Both the position numbers and the translations under genes were made by a program. The notes below the pieces were generated by a model. That model did not search any database, was not told the DNA's origin, and saw nothing but the letters and a program-made list of their open reading frames with translations. From positions 52,704,928-52,753,790 of the forward strand of contig NC_068997.1 of NCBI RefSeq assembly GCF_001194135.2: 48,863 nucleotides of DNA, given 5' to 3'. The number at the start of each line of letters is the position of its first letter. Within the stretch, counting starts at the first letter, position 1. This document shows positions 23,613 to 35,562 of the stretch, piece by piece. The DNA is from Octopus bimaculoides. Lineage: Eukaryota.

Positions 23613-24094
23613 CCCTTTCGCATTCAGATTACTCTGTCAAATGTAATGCTTTCCTATTCCTGTTGTTTTCAATTAATCATGCATTATCTCACAGCTTTGA
23701 GATTTCAATGATGTGATTGTTTCCTGTTAGAATGACATTGTAGGGTAGATGTGAGAGGCTGGGTTTTGTCAGTCTGAACATAAAGCTGATAGAATATTCT
23801 GACCAGATATGCAGGGCTGTGGCGTTGGAGTCCGAGTCGGAAACAATTAATGGATAGCTGGAGCTGGAGTCGGTAAAACTGTACTAACTCTGACTGACAA
23901 TATCTTTATTCTTTAATCTAAACTAGTTATAACATAGAGGCCTATTAAAAGTACAGGTGTATATATATGCTTTGTGAGATGTATAGGCCACAATTACTTC
24001 AATTACATAAAGAGGAGTCGAAATCAGTCAGAGTTGAAGTTTTTTGTTTTGACTCCACAGCCCTGCAGATATGGTTGGCTTAAATGCTAAATGT
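23613..24094. mobile_element. piggyBac-like MITE (family G), split by a hAT MITE
   Basis: TTAA at 23609-23612 and 24095-24098; ends ccctttcgcat...atgctaaatgt; colinear with 15317-15532. Confidence 0.75.
23812..24065. mobile_element. hAT-superfamily MITE, 254 bp
   Basis: TIRs cagggctgtgg(c/a)gt (13/15 match); exact 8-bp TSD cagatatg at 23804-23811 and 24066-24073; subterminal ggagtcgg repeats. Confidence 0.92.
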
Positions 24095-24894
24095 TTAAGG
24101 GCTTAGCACCTTACACTTGGACGAAACTGGGTTTCTGGTAGTTGTGCAGAGAAAACCCAATCAATCTATGTCAAGTTTCACTGGGCAGAAAGACTGTCTC
24201 CAAGCAATATCACTGTGACAAATGTACCTCAGAGCATTGTGAGAGAGACCGGTTACCCTGGTCATTTTCTTTACTTCCCTAGTGTCCTTCCTGTTGTCTC
24301 ATCCTGTTTCCTGCCTAGTTAATGGCCCAGGAAGTCATGAACAAGAGGAAAGCTAGTTGTCTGGTACACTCTCCTTCTCTATAATTCAAAGTGTAAGTCA
24401 TGACTCAAGTTCTTCAAACCTCAAATAAATGGTGAGTTTTTCATTACAGTGATTGGAGTATCATGCATTTTTATAAAAACGGAATAACGCCACTTCCATA
24501 CTTTCATTACACAGAAAGTGTACCATAGGTGGGTGCAACCATCAATCTCTGTTTGTCTGCAAGGTTGCCCCCACCCCAATTTCTGAGACTTTGCAAGAAG
24601 TGCTGATGGTATATAAGAATTGGAGACTTGATCATGTTAGAAAACAAAGGACTGGTAGCCCTGGGTTATTTGAGAACCATTATAGTTACTTTTGATAGGT
24701 TTTCTAGCTGTGACCATTATTTTCTCAGACATATTGTTATGTTATCAAATGTGCACTCCTCACTTCCAACTTTATTTTAAAACACTTTGAGTGAGAGTTC
24801 ACTGTTATTTCTAGTGCATTGTGTAACCATTTAGCGTCTTCTTTGGCTACGATGTTGTTATTTTTATTTGATTCCATGTCATCACTTATCTGAC

Positions 24895-25070
24895 TGACCC
24901 AGCCATCAATGACATTCCAGTTGTGAACTTCCAGTCTTATATTTTAAACACTGCGATATCTAGGACAACATTAACCAATATGTCCTTGCATTTTTTTTTC
25001 AAATCAGTACAATGTGATTTAAGAAACGTTTAGCTGCTATTTCTAGCAAGTTGAGCAACCTTATACATAC
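24895..25070 (-). mobile_element. Family D
   Basis: gctgctatttctagc is the reverse complement of the family motif. Confidence 0.6.
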
Positions 25071-25453
25071 TCCCTTACTGGATAAATCTTTTGTTGGTAC
25101 TTGTAAAAATGGTTTCAATCCCATCATGACAGTGTATCTCCTGGAGATATTCTAGTGATATCTTTGGGATAAATAATCATTGACTGAAGAATTTATTTGA
25201 TATAAAACAGATATAGGAATTATGTGTATTTATCACACTAGCTTGAGATAAATTTGGATTGATTTATTGATCCATAATCTGCTGTGATATCATGAGATAA
25301 ATATATATCGATTGATTTATAATATGTTAATGTTATGATATCATGATGGTATGGTGGCGTATCAATAAGAGGTCTGTCGAAAGATCGTTTCAAATAAATA
25401 CACTGCTTGAAATTTGTATGGAATGTAATGACATTACAAATCAATCCATTGTT

Positions 25454-25725
25454 GGTAAATTCGTGATCATGCCAAAATACATCATTGGTAAATTTGTTAT
25501 GCCAAATACATTGTCACTAAATTCTTCATTCTGCTAAATGCATCTTTGGTAAATTCTTCTTTGTGTTGAAAACATCTTTGATAAATTTGCGATATCAAAT
25601 ACATCATTGGTAAATTCTTTGTGATGCTAAATACATCTTTGAGAAATTCTTCATCATGCTATTTACATATTTGGTAAATTCATTGATGCCAAATATATTT
25701 TCAGTAAATTCATCATCATGTCTTA
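25454..25725. repeat. Degenerate ~32-bp minisatellite, about 9 units
   Basis: Consensus near ggtaaattcttcatcatgccaaatacatcttt; units 29-33 bp, so frame is not preserved. Confidence 0.85.
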
Positions 25726-25781
25726 TCTGTGGAATAAAAACATGGATAAACATTGAAATTTTTATTCTCTAAATATGGTTG

Positions 25782-26034
25782 TTGCCTTACATTAACAATG
25801 AGAAAGAAATACAAGATGGAAAATTCCATCCTACTGTCTGGAAATTTTTAGAAATTTTGAAAAAGAAATAATTAAGAAACAAATAACTAATCAGTTTATT
25901 ACAACAGCTGCTGCAAAGATTCCAAGAAGAAATGCTATGTTGGTGCAGTGAGAATTCAAGACATCACCAATGAATAGCAAAATTCTAAAATAATGGATTG
26001 TTTCAGCGGTGTTGGTGACATTTTGTCTTTCTAG
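25782..26034 (+). pseudogene. MULE (Mutator-like) transposase C-terminal remnant
   Basis: LPYINN...HPTVWKFLEILKK, then after frameshifts VRIQDITNE*QNSKIMDCFSGVGDILSF*; resembles the animal MULE C-terminus LPRTNN...HPxIWKFIxxLKKEQ...RI..IV..Y.....LDYLRGIAHNL. Confidence 0.7.
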
Positions 26035-26123
26035 AATGTTTCTTCCTTCAATCTAAGAGTGATTTTTTTTTTTTTTTTACTGAATTGTGTATATAAAAGT
26101 GATGTGTGTATATATATATATAT

Positions 26124-26336
26124 AGCATGGGTTGGACGATTTGACTGAGGACTGGTGAACCGGATGGCTACACCAGGCTCCAATCTGATTTGACAGAGTT
26201 TCTACAGCTGGATGCCCTTCCTAACGCCAACCACTCTGAGGGTGTAGTGGGTGCTTTTACGTGCCACCGGCACGAAGGTCAGTCAGGCGGTACTGGCAAC
26301 AGCCAAGCTCAAAATGGTGTATTTTACGTGCCACCT
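26124..26336 (-). mobile_element. Young RTE-LINE 3' end running into a gap
   Basis: Nearly identical to 9600-9730. Confidence 0.9.
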
Positions 26337-26812
26337 NNNNNNNNNNNNNNNNNNNNNNNNNNNNNNNNNNNNNNNNNNNNNNNNNNNNNNNNNNNNNNNN
26401 NNNNNNNNNNNNNNNNNNNNNNNNNNNNNNNNNNNNNNNNNNNNNNNNNNNNNNNNNNNNNNNNNNNNNNNNNNNNNNNNNNNNNNNNNNNNNNNNNNNN
26501 NNNNNNNNNNNNNNNNNNNNNNNNNNNNNNNNNNNNNNNNNNNNNNNNNNNNNNNNNNNNNNNNNNNNNNNNNNNNNNNNNNNNNNNNNNNNNNNNNNNN
26601 NNNNNNNNNNNNNNNNNNNNNNNNNNNNNNNNNNNNNNNNNNNNNNNNNNNNNNNNNNNNNNNNNNNNNNNNNNNNNNNNNNNNNNNATATATATAAATA
26701 TATATATATGAAGGTATATAAAAGTAGATAATCAGATATGGAAACAATTCTCTTAGTTGCTCAATACTGTTAGAGCCCTTGCTCTCTCTTTCTCTCTCTT
26801 TCTCTCTCTCTA

Positions 26813-26847
<35 letters not shown>

Positions 26848-27284
26848 TGCTTGTGCCAGCTTGACCAACCTCAATCTGTCCTCTTTGATTAGTTACTTAG
26901 TCACTCTGACCATTGGTGTTGTGAGTGGTATTCTTGTGCTTCCATAGATCTGAGAGATCTACATGTTGGGCAGCCTACCTCATGGTCTGGAATCAAAGAA
27001 CTCCTGACATGATGCTAAGAATTATCTACCTATTTTCGGTGCCTTTCTTACGAAAGGGCCAAGCCATTTCAGTATCAGTTTTGTCCTTATTAGCTAATTA
27101 ATGGTGTATGCCATGTGATGTAATTAGATGGACATGGAGATAATCTGTAGCAGTCTCTCTCTTCAACTTCCAATAAGATAGGAATCGGAAACCAAGTTCC
27201 ATTTGACTGAAGAATTCTGCTCTAATCTTTGTATTTTTACCACAAGACAAATATAATGTTTATCTGTCAGTCAGTATGGATAGC

Positions 27285-27285
27285 C

Positions 27286-27321
<36 letters not shown>

Positions 27322-27490
27322 TATGTGCACGCATGCGTGTATGGTTGTACATGTGTATCTGTGTGTATGTGTGTGTATATATACAGACACACACATAGAT
27401 GTGTGTATATATATATATATATATGCATATATATGTGTGTATATATATAGATATATATATACACATACATATATATACACACATATATAC

Positions 27491-27527
<37 letters not shown>

Positions 27528-27631
27528 CATACGTATATATACATACATAATACATACATACGTATATATATATATATATTTATTTATATATATATATACA
27601 TACACATACACCTATATACATACATATATAT

Positions 27632-27666
<35 letters not shown>

Positions 27667-27685
27667 CATGCACACACATATATTA
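27285..27685. repeat. (TG)n/(TA)n/(CATA)n microsatellite field
   Basis: Direct. Confidence 0.95.
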
Positions 27686-28044
27686 AACATCTAAACCCCC
27701 CCCCCACTTTTCTACCCTCTTGTACAGTTCCCCCATTCCCCTCCCCCAGTCTTTATGCTCCATTAATCCCCAAAGTATTCATACTGAAAAATCAATATAT
27801 TTTAATCTGGTTACTCTATAGATTTTTCTAGTTTTGTGTGTGTGTGCATGTGTGTGTGTGTGCTGGTTACACCCCTACCTGCCCTGCAAATCTGTGTCCG
27901 TGTGACAATGTTAAAATTATTCTCCTTATATTATGTTACAACATTTTGTTATCATCATTATCATCACCACCACCATCACTGCCACCACTACCACCATCAT
28001 TGTCATCATCATCATCGTCATTGCCAATGCAGCTGCTCTTACAT

Positions 28045-28175
28045 TAGAATCCTCTTACATTCTGAGTTCAAATCTCGTTGCAGTTGAGTTTGCTTCTCCA
28101 TTTTCAAGGGTAAAAAAAAACAAAAAAAAAACAAAAAACAAGTACCAGTCATGTACCAGGGTCAGTATAATCACC
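28045..28175 (+). mobile_element. SINE B, partial
   Basis: ttctgagttcaaat...agtaccag. Confidence 0.6.
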
Positions 28176-28219
28176 TGCTCTGTTCAGTTCTATATTTAAG
28201 AGCAGACGTAGCCTGGCTT

Positions 28220-28340
28220 TGAGGCATGTGCAAACTTGCAAGCAAGGTGTTGGCTTTGCCATAGAAACCTCTACCATGCAGTCACTGGTTGTTGTAGGTG
28301 CCTGTGCAATCACAAGCAGACAAAATACATTCTCTTGACA
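28220..28340 (+). pseudogene. RTE AP-endonuclease remnant
   Basis: Frame through 28246 gives QGVGFAIETSTMQSL; GVGFAI[K/E]T is typical of RTE/BovB endonuclease. Confidence 0.5.
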
Positions 28341-28414
28341 CTCTCTCACTATTTGACCTGGCATAACATCCAAGATTGCAGCTGGGGGAAGAAGGATTTG
28401 CACCAGCACTGGGT

Positions 28415-28555
28415 TGGTACTTGTTTACAGCTGAGTAGACTGAAACAACATGAAATGAAGTACCGTGCTCAAGGGTACAACACTCTATCCAGTCTAGGAA
28501 TTGAACCCATAACCTTATGATTATGAGCGAAACAGCCTGACTACTTGGCTGTCAC
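28415..28555 (-). mobile_element. SINE F 5' part, diverged
   Basis: gctcaagg...acaacac...ggaattgaac...accttatgat, as in 15840-15900. Confidence 0.65.
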
Positions 28556-28574
28556 AAGCCAATAAGGGAGTTTC

Positions 28575-28745
28575 TATGTGGTTGTTTAACCTGCTAGGAA
28601 TAATGACTAAATCTTCCTCAATCTGTCTTTGCCATATTGTATTTATGAAGGACATTGGTTAGTATAGTGCAGCATATATTATGTCTGCAAAAAAAAAAAA
28701 AAGAAACAATAAAAGTAATAGAGGGTGGTCATGATTGGAATGATT
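28575..28745 (+). mobile_element. Family D, diverged
   Basis: tgctaggaataa...aaggacattgg...ggtcatgattggaat. Confidence 0.5.
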
Positions 28746-28815
28746 ATTTGTTTTACTTCCATTTCTCCATGGGCCAGATGAATATAACATTTTTTTTTGG
28801 AGTATTGTTTTACAC

Positions 28816-29086
28816 TGCATGTGAATTGAGAGTTGTGTTAGGTTTAAAGAAAGGGTTAAAAGTTTGTGTTAAGCAGGAAGTGTGGTGTCAAACAGGAAGT
28901 GTGTGTAAGGGGAGACAAATGTTTTTAGTTGGTGTTATGAACTCTTTTTCAACAAGAGTTCATAACTCCAACTAAACAGATTTGTCTCCCCTTACAAACA
29001 CTTCCTGTTTTGACACCACACTTCCTGCTTAACACATAAACCTTTTCTCTTTTTTTAAACCTAACACAATTCTCAATTCTCATGCA
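28816..29086. repeat. Long fold-back, arms about 131 and 133 bp, 7-nt loop
   Basis: 28816-28946 matches the reverse complement of 28954-29086 at roughly 85-90%; no TSD seen. Confidence 0.92.
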
Positions 29087-29328
29087 TCTTTATTTTTCCA
29101 ACTATTATCTACATGGATTACCATTGAACTTTAAAAGCTCAAAGACAATATAATATATTGGTATGTTTATTTTTTTATATACTATTTTCTTCATTTTGTA
29201 CTTCTTTGTAAAAAACATTTTCATTCTCCCTCTTCTTGAAAATTTGCCATTCAATGAAAGCCGGTTAGAAATATTTATTAAAATATGCTTCCAGTTTAGC
29301 ATTCTGCCTTATTATTATTTTTCATTTT

Positions 29329-29395
<67 letters not shown>

Positions 29396-29670
29396 CAAAA
29401 TAATGGTAAAGAACATGTATGACTAACTGACAGAAGGAAAAGAAAAAACAGACATAGGGAAGCCCTTTTCATTAATAAACTTCCTGTGTAGAATCATTAT
29501 GATTTTGACATTTGTAAGAAGTTGGCATCCTTCATCTGGATGGTACAAGGGTTCCCAAAAAATAAAATGGAAATGAGTTTTGATGCTAAAAATGGCACAC
29601 GGGTAAAAGAAAGAATTTGTACGTGTGTGCGTAGCTGCTTTAGGCCTTGCAAGCACCTTGTCTTTTGCAG

Positions 29671-29722
29671 TAGGTCAGTTGGTAGAGTGAAGGACTGTAG
29701 GGGAGTGATTTGTGGTCGGTGG
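29671..29722 (+). pseudogene. tRNA-Tyr(GTA) pseudogene fragment
   Basis: taggtcagttggtagagtgaaggactgtag matches eukaryotic tRNA-Tyr tagctcagttggtagagcggaggactgtag at 27/30; anticodon 29697-29699; 7-nt insert at the intron position; no T-arm or B-box. Confidence 0.7.
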
Positions 29723-30249
29723 ACGGAAAATCTTTGAGGATAAGATCTGTATGTACTACCGAGATCGACCTGGCATTATATAACAATAATAACAACAACA
29801 ACAGCAACGACCATTCTAAATTATCGATTGCGATTATTTTTGTGTGTTAAAAAAATCCTTGTTATTGTGGCTGATATTCTTTTTGTTGTTGGTGTTGTTG
29901 TTAGAAATATTTATATCTTGTAAACATGGTATATAAATATATGTCAAACATGAAACGCCTGCATTATCTGCTTGACTTTTTACCAATCTGGTGTCTTATC
30001 ATTCAGCAGGCTTTCATACAGGCAGTTGGTCGGCCGGTCAGCTGGTTGGTTGGTCTGTTGGTTACATGGAACACACAGAATATGGTAATTCATCAAAGAA
30101 ACTTATTTTATGGTTCCCTGACTTGATGATATGGCATCAACTACTTCTACATCAATCAAATTCTTGCTTTGTTTAACAAAAAAAACCCCACAAAAACAAA
30201 ACAAAAAAAAACCCTGACACCTCTACTCAAACATCAATATCAAAGTATA

Positions 30250-30282
<33 letters not shown>

Positions 30283-30289
30283 GTATGTA

Positions 30290-30360
30290 TTCTTTTATTC
30301 TATTTGTTTCTGTCATTTGACTGTGGCCATGCTGGAGCAACACCTTGAAGGATTTTAGTT
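30290..30360 (-). mobile_element. SINE A 3' tail
   Basis: gactgtggccatgctggagca. Confidence 0.75.
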
Positions 30361-30417
30361 AAGGAGATAGACAAAGAACATGTTGTACCTACTACAACAT
30401 ATTATACTAATGTGTCC

Positions 30418-30730
30418 ATCTGGGCAAGTGTCTTCTGCTATAGCCTCGGGCTGACCAAAGCCTTGTGAGTGGATTTGGTAGAAGGAAATTGAAAGAAGCC
30501 CGTCGTGTATATATATATATAATGTGTTTGTGTGTCTGTGTTTGTCCCCCCACCATCGCTTGACAACTGATGCTGGTGTGTTTACGTCCCCGTGACTTAG
30601 TGGTTTGGCAAAAGAGGCCGATAGAATAAGTACTAGGCTTACAAAGAATAAGTTCTGGGGTTGATCTGATCGACTAAAGGCAGTGCTCCAGCGTGGCCGC
30701 AGTCAAATGACTGAAACAAATAAAAGAATA
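30418..30730 (+). mobile_element. SINE A, 5'-truncated
   Basis: Colinear with 12260-12590. Confidence 0.9.
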
Positions 30731-30757
30731 TAAAAAAATACAATATTTAAAAAAGAA

Positions 30758-31215
30758 GTTGGCAGAGTCGTTAGGGTGTCAGACAAAATGTTTAGCTACA
30801 TTTCATCTGTCATTACGTTCTGAGTTCAAATTCTGCCGAGGTCAGCTTTGCCTTTCATCTTTTTGGGGTTAATCAATTAAGTACCAGTTGAATACTGGGG
30901 TTGATATAATCGACTAGTCCCTCCCCCCACCGAATATTCAGGCTTTGTGCCTTTAGTAGAAAGGATTATTATTAATATGAAAAGTGATAAGCTGGCAGAA
31001 TTGTTGAAGTATCAGAAAAAAAAAAAATGCTTCACAGCATTTCATGCGACTCTTCATATTCTGAGTTCAAATCCCACCGTGGTCATCTTTGCCTTTTAAC
31101 CTTCTAGGGGTGATAAAGTAAGTACCAACCAGTATAGCACTGGGATCAAGACTATCAGCTAACCCCCAGCCTCTTAAAAACTGCTGGTCTTGTGCCTCAA
31201 TCAGAAGCCCTATTA
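30758..31215 (+). mobile_element. Two tandem SINE B copies (30758-30975, 30985-31215)
   Basis: Each has a tggcagaa head, ctgagttcaaa box and aagtacca core. Confidence 0.82.
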
Positions 31216-31326
31216 TACACCTTTTGATGTCAGCATTATGTGGTGACAGGTTTCTTTTTATCAGATTAATCTTTCGTCTTATTCTAATCTATTTTATTTC
31301 AATCTGAAATCTCTTTTCTTTTCCAT

Positions 31327-31364
<38 letters not shown>

Positions 31365-31419
31365 GTTGGCTTTTAATCTTTTTTTTTTCTTTATTGCCTT
31401 TCATCTCTGGCACTAATTA

Positions 31420-31736
31420 ACCTTAACTGTCTCTCTCTCTCCTCCACCATCTCTCTCTCTCTCAGTCTCTTTATGTCTTTCTATCTTTGCTCATGTCTCT
31501 GTCTCCATACCCCACCTCCTCCTCTCTCTCTTCTCCACTGTCTGTGTCTCTCTCTTGGTCTCTCTCTCCCCCTCTCTCTCTCCCCGTCTCTCTCTTCTCC
31601 ATTGTCTGTCTGTCTCTTGGTTTCTCTCTCTCCCCCCCCCCACTCTCTCTTCATCTCACTCTCTTTCATTGTCTTTCTCTGTTTCTTTACTCTCTCTGCT
31701 TCTTTCTATTTCTGTTTATCTGTATCTGTAGCTCTC

Positions 31737-31774
<38 letters not shown>

Positions 31775-31830
31775 CATTTGCCTCTCTTTCTCTCAGTCTT
31801 TAGTTTTCTTTGTCTCTCTCTTCCTATGTG
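31420..31830. repeat. (CT)n-rich tract
   Basis: Direct. Confidence 0.9.
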
Positions 31831-31847
31831 TGTGTGTGTGTGTATCC

Positions 31848-32045
31848 TTGTCTTAACATCATGTGATTGTCGTAAACAATTATCATCATACAAGAGATGT
31901 TTGTTTCTAGTCTTCCATGGAAATTCTGTCTGGCTAAGGGGATACATTACCTTGCTTGGAAACATGAGAATTGGCGACTGGAAGGGTATCTGGCCATAGA
32001 GAAATCTTCCTGAGAAAACTCCATCTGATGATGGGCATTAAATGA
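31848..32045 (+). mobile_element. Family H
   Basis: Colinear with 5910-6150. Confidence 0.65.
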
Positions 32046-32320
32046 CAAACACACTCCTCTCTCCTCTCTTGCTCTCTCCCTCCCTCTCCCTCTCTCCATG
32101 TTTCCTCTGTCTTTTCCTTCTTTGTGTGTGTGCATATATGACACTCTCTTTCTCTCCATTGTATAGATCCTTTCTCTCTCTCTTTCTCTCTCCCTCATCT
32201 ATTTGACCAAAGTCTACTTATTCTGACAGCTACTTTCACTTTCAAAATAAATTTTTATTTTTACTTCCCCCCTTCCCCGCACCATTTCACCATCTCTGTC
32301 ATTCTATTCAGGCACATATC

Positions 32321-32351
<31 letters not shown>

Positions 32352-32814
32352 GATATAGATACAGTACCTCTTTCTCATACAATTATTTATTACAAATTAT
32401 ATATTTATGTTTACACACACACACACACACACACACATAACATCACTCTTACACACACTCAAGCCAGACTTATTCTCATTATAGTACTACACACCTACAC
32501 ACAAACCATACAAGCCACACACACNNNNNNNNNNNNNNNNNNNNNNNNNNNNNNNNNNNNNNNNNNNNNNNNNNNNNNNNNNNNNNNNNNNNNNNNNNNN
32601 NNNNNNNNNNNNNNNNNNNNNNNNNNNNNNNNNNNNNNNNNNNNNNNNNCCCCCATTATTATCTGCCCCGCCCCCACCCTTTTGTTACAGCATCTTCATC
32701 AATGCAGCTCATTTGCTAAATCTCATTACTCTCAGTAATTTACTCTGAGAACTCACATGTGTTGATCTCTTCAAATATCAATTACCTGCATGAATCTGAC
32801 TGCTGCTGCTGCTT

Positions 32815-33600
32815 TGAAGTCACCATCGTCATTGTAATTACCATCAACACCATCATCATCATCGTCGTCATTATCATCGTTATGGCTGTCGTCATTGTCA
32901 TCATTATGACCATTGTTGTCCTCACCACCACCACTAACACCACCACCACCACCATCACCACCACCATCATCATCATCATCACCACAACCACCACCATCAC
33001 CACCACCACCACCACCACCACCNNNNNNNNNNNNNNNNNNNNNNNNNNNNNNNNNNNNNNNNNNNNNNNNNNNNNNNNNNNNNNNNNNNNNNNNNNNNNN
33101 NNNNNNNNNNNNNNNNNNNNNNNNNNNNNNNNNNNNNNNNNNNNNNNNNNNNNNNNNNNNNNNNNNNNNNNNNNNNNNNNNNNNNNNNNNNNNNNNNNNN
33201 NNNNNNNNNNNNNNNNNNNNNNNNNNNNNNNNNNNNNNNNNNNNNNNNNNNNNNNNNNTGTCATCATTGTCATCATCTTCATCATCATCATCATCATTTG
33301 TTGTTATGGTGACTCTCGTCGTCATCATCATCATCTCTGCCTTCATTGGCCTCCTCATCATCATCACCACTACTGTCATCATTCTCATTGTCGTTGTCAT
33401 CGTCACTCATCATAATCATCACCCATTGTCACTGATGTCATCATCATCGTCATCATCATCATCATCATCGTCATCGTCATCATCATCCTCATCATCACTA
33501 CGATTATCATTGCTGTCTTTACCATCATCATCCTCATCATCATCATTGCCACCACCACCACTGTTGTTTCTATCACCACACCACTATCATCATCATCATC
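32815..33600. repeat. (CAT)n/(CAC)n trinucleotide mosaic spanning a gap
   Basis: Direct. Confidence 0.9.
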
Positions 33601-33602
33601 AT

Positions 33603-33800
33603 CTGCTAGAAATAGCTGCCAGTTCTCCCTGAAATCGCACCCAACTGTGTTAAAACAAAGAAAGGGGGCATTTGCTGTTGTAGACATTGCGTCTGGAAGA
33701 AACAACAAGAACAACAACAACAACAAAATTAAAAGCCATTGAACATGGCTGAAATACTTTGATTATAGGTTTGGTTGATTGGGGTAACCTGGGGTTAAAC
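33603..33800 (+). mobile_element. Family D
   Basis: tgctagaaatagc...aacctggggttaaac. Confidence 0.65.
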
Positions 33801-33884
33801 ACCACCACCGTCACCACCTCCATCATCACCTCCACCACTACCACCATCATCACCACCATCACCATCTCCAACATCACCACGACC

Positions 33885-34035
33885 ACTACTAGTATTCTTA
33901 TTTTGTCTCAAGGCCAGCAATTTTGAGGGGAGGGAGGGGGCAATTTGATTTCATCGACCTCAGCAGAATTTGAACTCAGAACGTTAAGATAAAAGAAACG
34001 CCGTTAAGCATTTTGTCCAATGCGCTAACGATTCT
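33885..34035 (-). mobile_element. SINE B, internally deleted
   Basis: gaatttgaactcagaacg...ctaacgattctgtcagct. Confidence 0.8.
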
Positions 34036-34275
34036 GTCAGCTTGCCACCTTACCACCACCACCACCACCACCACCATTTATTCTCACCATTACCACCTCC
34101 ACCACTGCCACCACCACCGCCACCACCAACACCACCTTTGTTGTGGTTACCATTTCTGTTTCATCTCAGTGCAGTGCATAAGCAATCATGGAAGCCAAAT
34201 GAGAACAAAAATCTTTTGTTAGATCTCCAAGACTACTTTCTTTAGGAAATCTGCATGGTGCCAGCAATGATATTC

Positions 34276-34315
<40 letters not shown>

Positions 34316-34549
34316 TGATGATGTTAATAATAATTGTATTTTTTTGGGGTTTTTTGAGCTATAATATCTTATCATATCAGTGAAACATGCTATACAGAAG
34401 GTTTTCAAATCATGTGGGTGTCTATATATTCAATAAACAAAGAGAGAAGGGGGTAGGTGAAAAAATGTAATACAACACAGGAAACAGGTTATATACATAT
34501 ATATATATAGTTTTAATTTTTATATTACATACAAGCATACATACGTACA

Positions 34550-34585
<36 letters not shown>

Positions 34586-34628
34586 TATTCTCTAGCAAAT
34601 ATCGGTACCTTGTTGTACCATTCTTATG

Positions 34629-34672
<44 letters not shown>

Positions 34673-35285
34673 TTCAATTTTTATATTACGTACATACACA
34701 TATATATATATATATATATATAAAACAAGAAGATGGAATAAATATGCTTTAATCACAAATCACAACAATTGTTTCTGCACAATGGCAACAGCTGTTAGTG
34801 ACTGAGTTTTCCATGTAACACTATTACATAAATTATTATGTGAATAATTATATAAATAAATATGATCCAGTAGTATCCATGTATATAATATATATACCTT
34901 TTTTCTTCCCTTTTAATTTTCCCTGTCATTTGTACTTTGTGTAAGTTGGATCAATTAATATAAATATCTAAATATTCATCATCTGAAAGTCTCCACTTTT
35001 TGCTTTCTCTCGTTTTCCATGTTTCCCTGTATACATACTTTGTATTTTACACCCAAACTGTTATATTTAATTTATATAATTTGTTTGTCCACATAACTGC
35101 CCCCACATCTGCTCAACGTGATCCCTCTTGTAGCCTTTTGTTTACCTCGTGGAATTGAGATCCCCTGTAAAAACATCGGAGCTCTAAGTTTGAATTATTT
35201 AAGTACTACTAAATGTCTTCTATACTGGGAATCTTTGGATCTCACCCAGAGATCATATATTTCTTTATATGTATGTATGTATGGT

Positions 35286-35415
35286 GGAGGCGCAATGGCC
35301 CAGTGGTTAGAGCAGCGGACTTGCGGTCTCGATTCCCAGACCGGGCGATATGTGTGTTTATTGAGCGGAAACACTTAAAGCTCCACGAAGCTCCGCAGTT
35401 AAATGACTGAAACCA
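35286..35415 (+). mobile_element. tRNA-derived SINE family I head joined to a family-A-type tail
   Basis: A-box tggcccagtggttag, B-box-like tcgattccc; ends gcagttaaatgactgaaac. Confidence 0.65.
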
Positions 35416-35444
35416 GGAACACAATGTGAATTTTGATTTTGGAA

Positions 35445-35562
35445 TAAGGCAATATAAAGGGTTGGTGACAGAAAAGGCATTCATCTGTGAAAAAACTTCC
35501 TCAGAAAAACTGTCCAACCCATGCCAGCATGGAAAAGCAGATGTAAAACACTGGTGATGATG
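35445..35562 (+). mobile_element. Family H 3' end
   Basis: ggttggtgacagaaaaggcat...cccatgccagcatggaaaag...(GAT)n. Confidence 0.7.

Noticed and set aside
25454-25725. 32-bp array as a CRISPR-like locus or coding repeat
   Set aside because: No unique spacers, eukaryotic context, and unit length not a multiple of 3.
29520-29550. Minus-strand ccagatgaagg resembling a hammerhead core
   Set aside because: Core mismatched and no GAAA with helix II.
35146-35164. Possible 19-nt minus-strand micro-exon with tttttacag and gtaaac
   Set aside because: Too short to distinguish from chance without reads.
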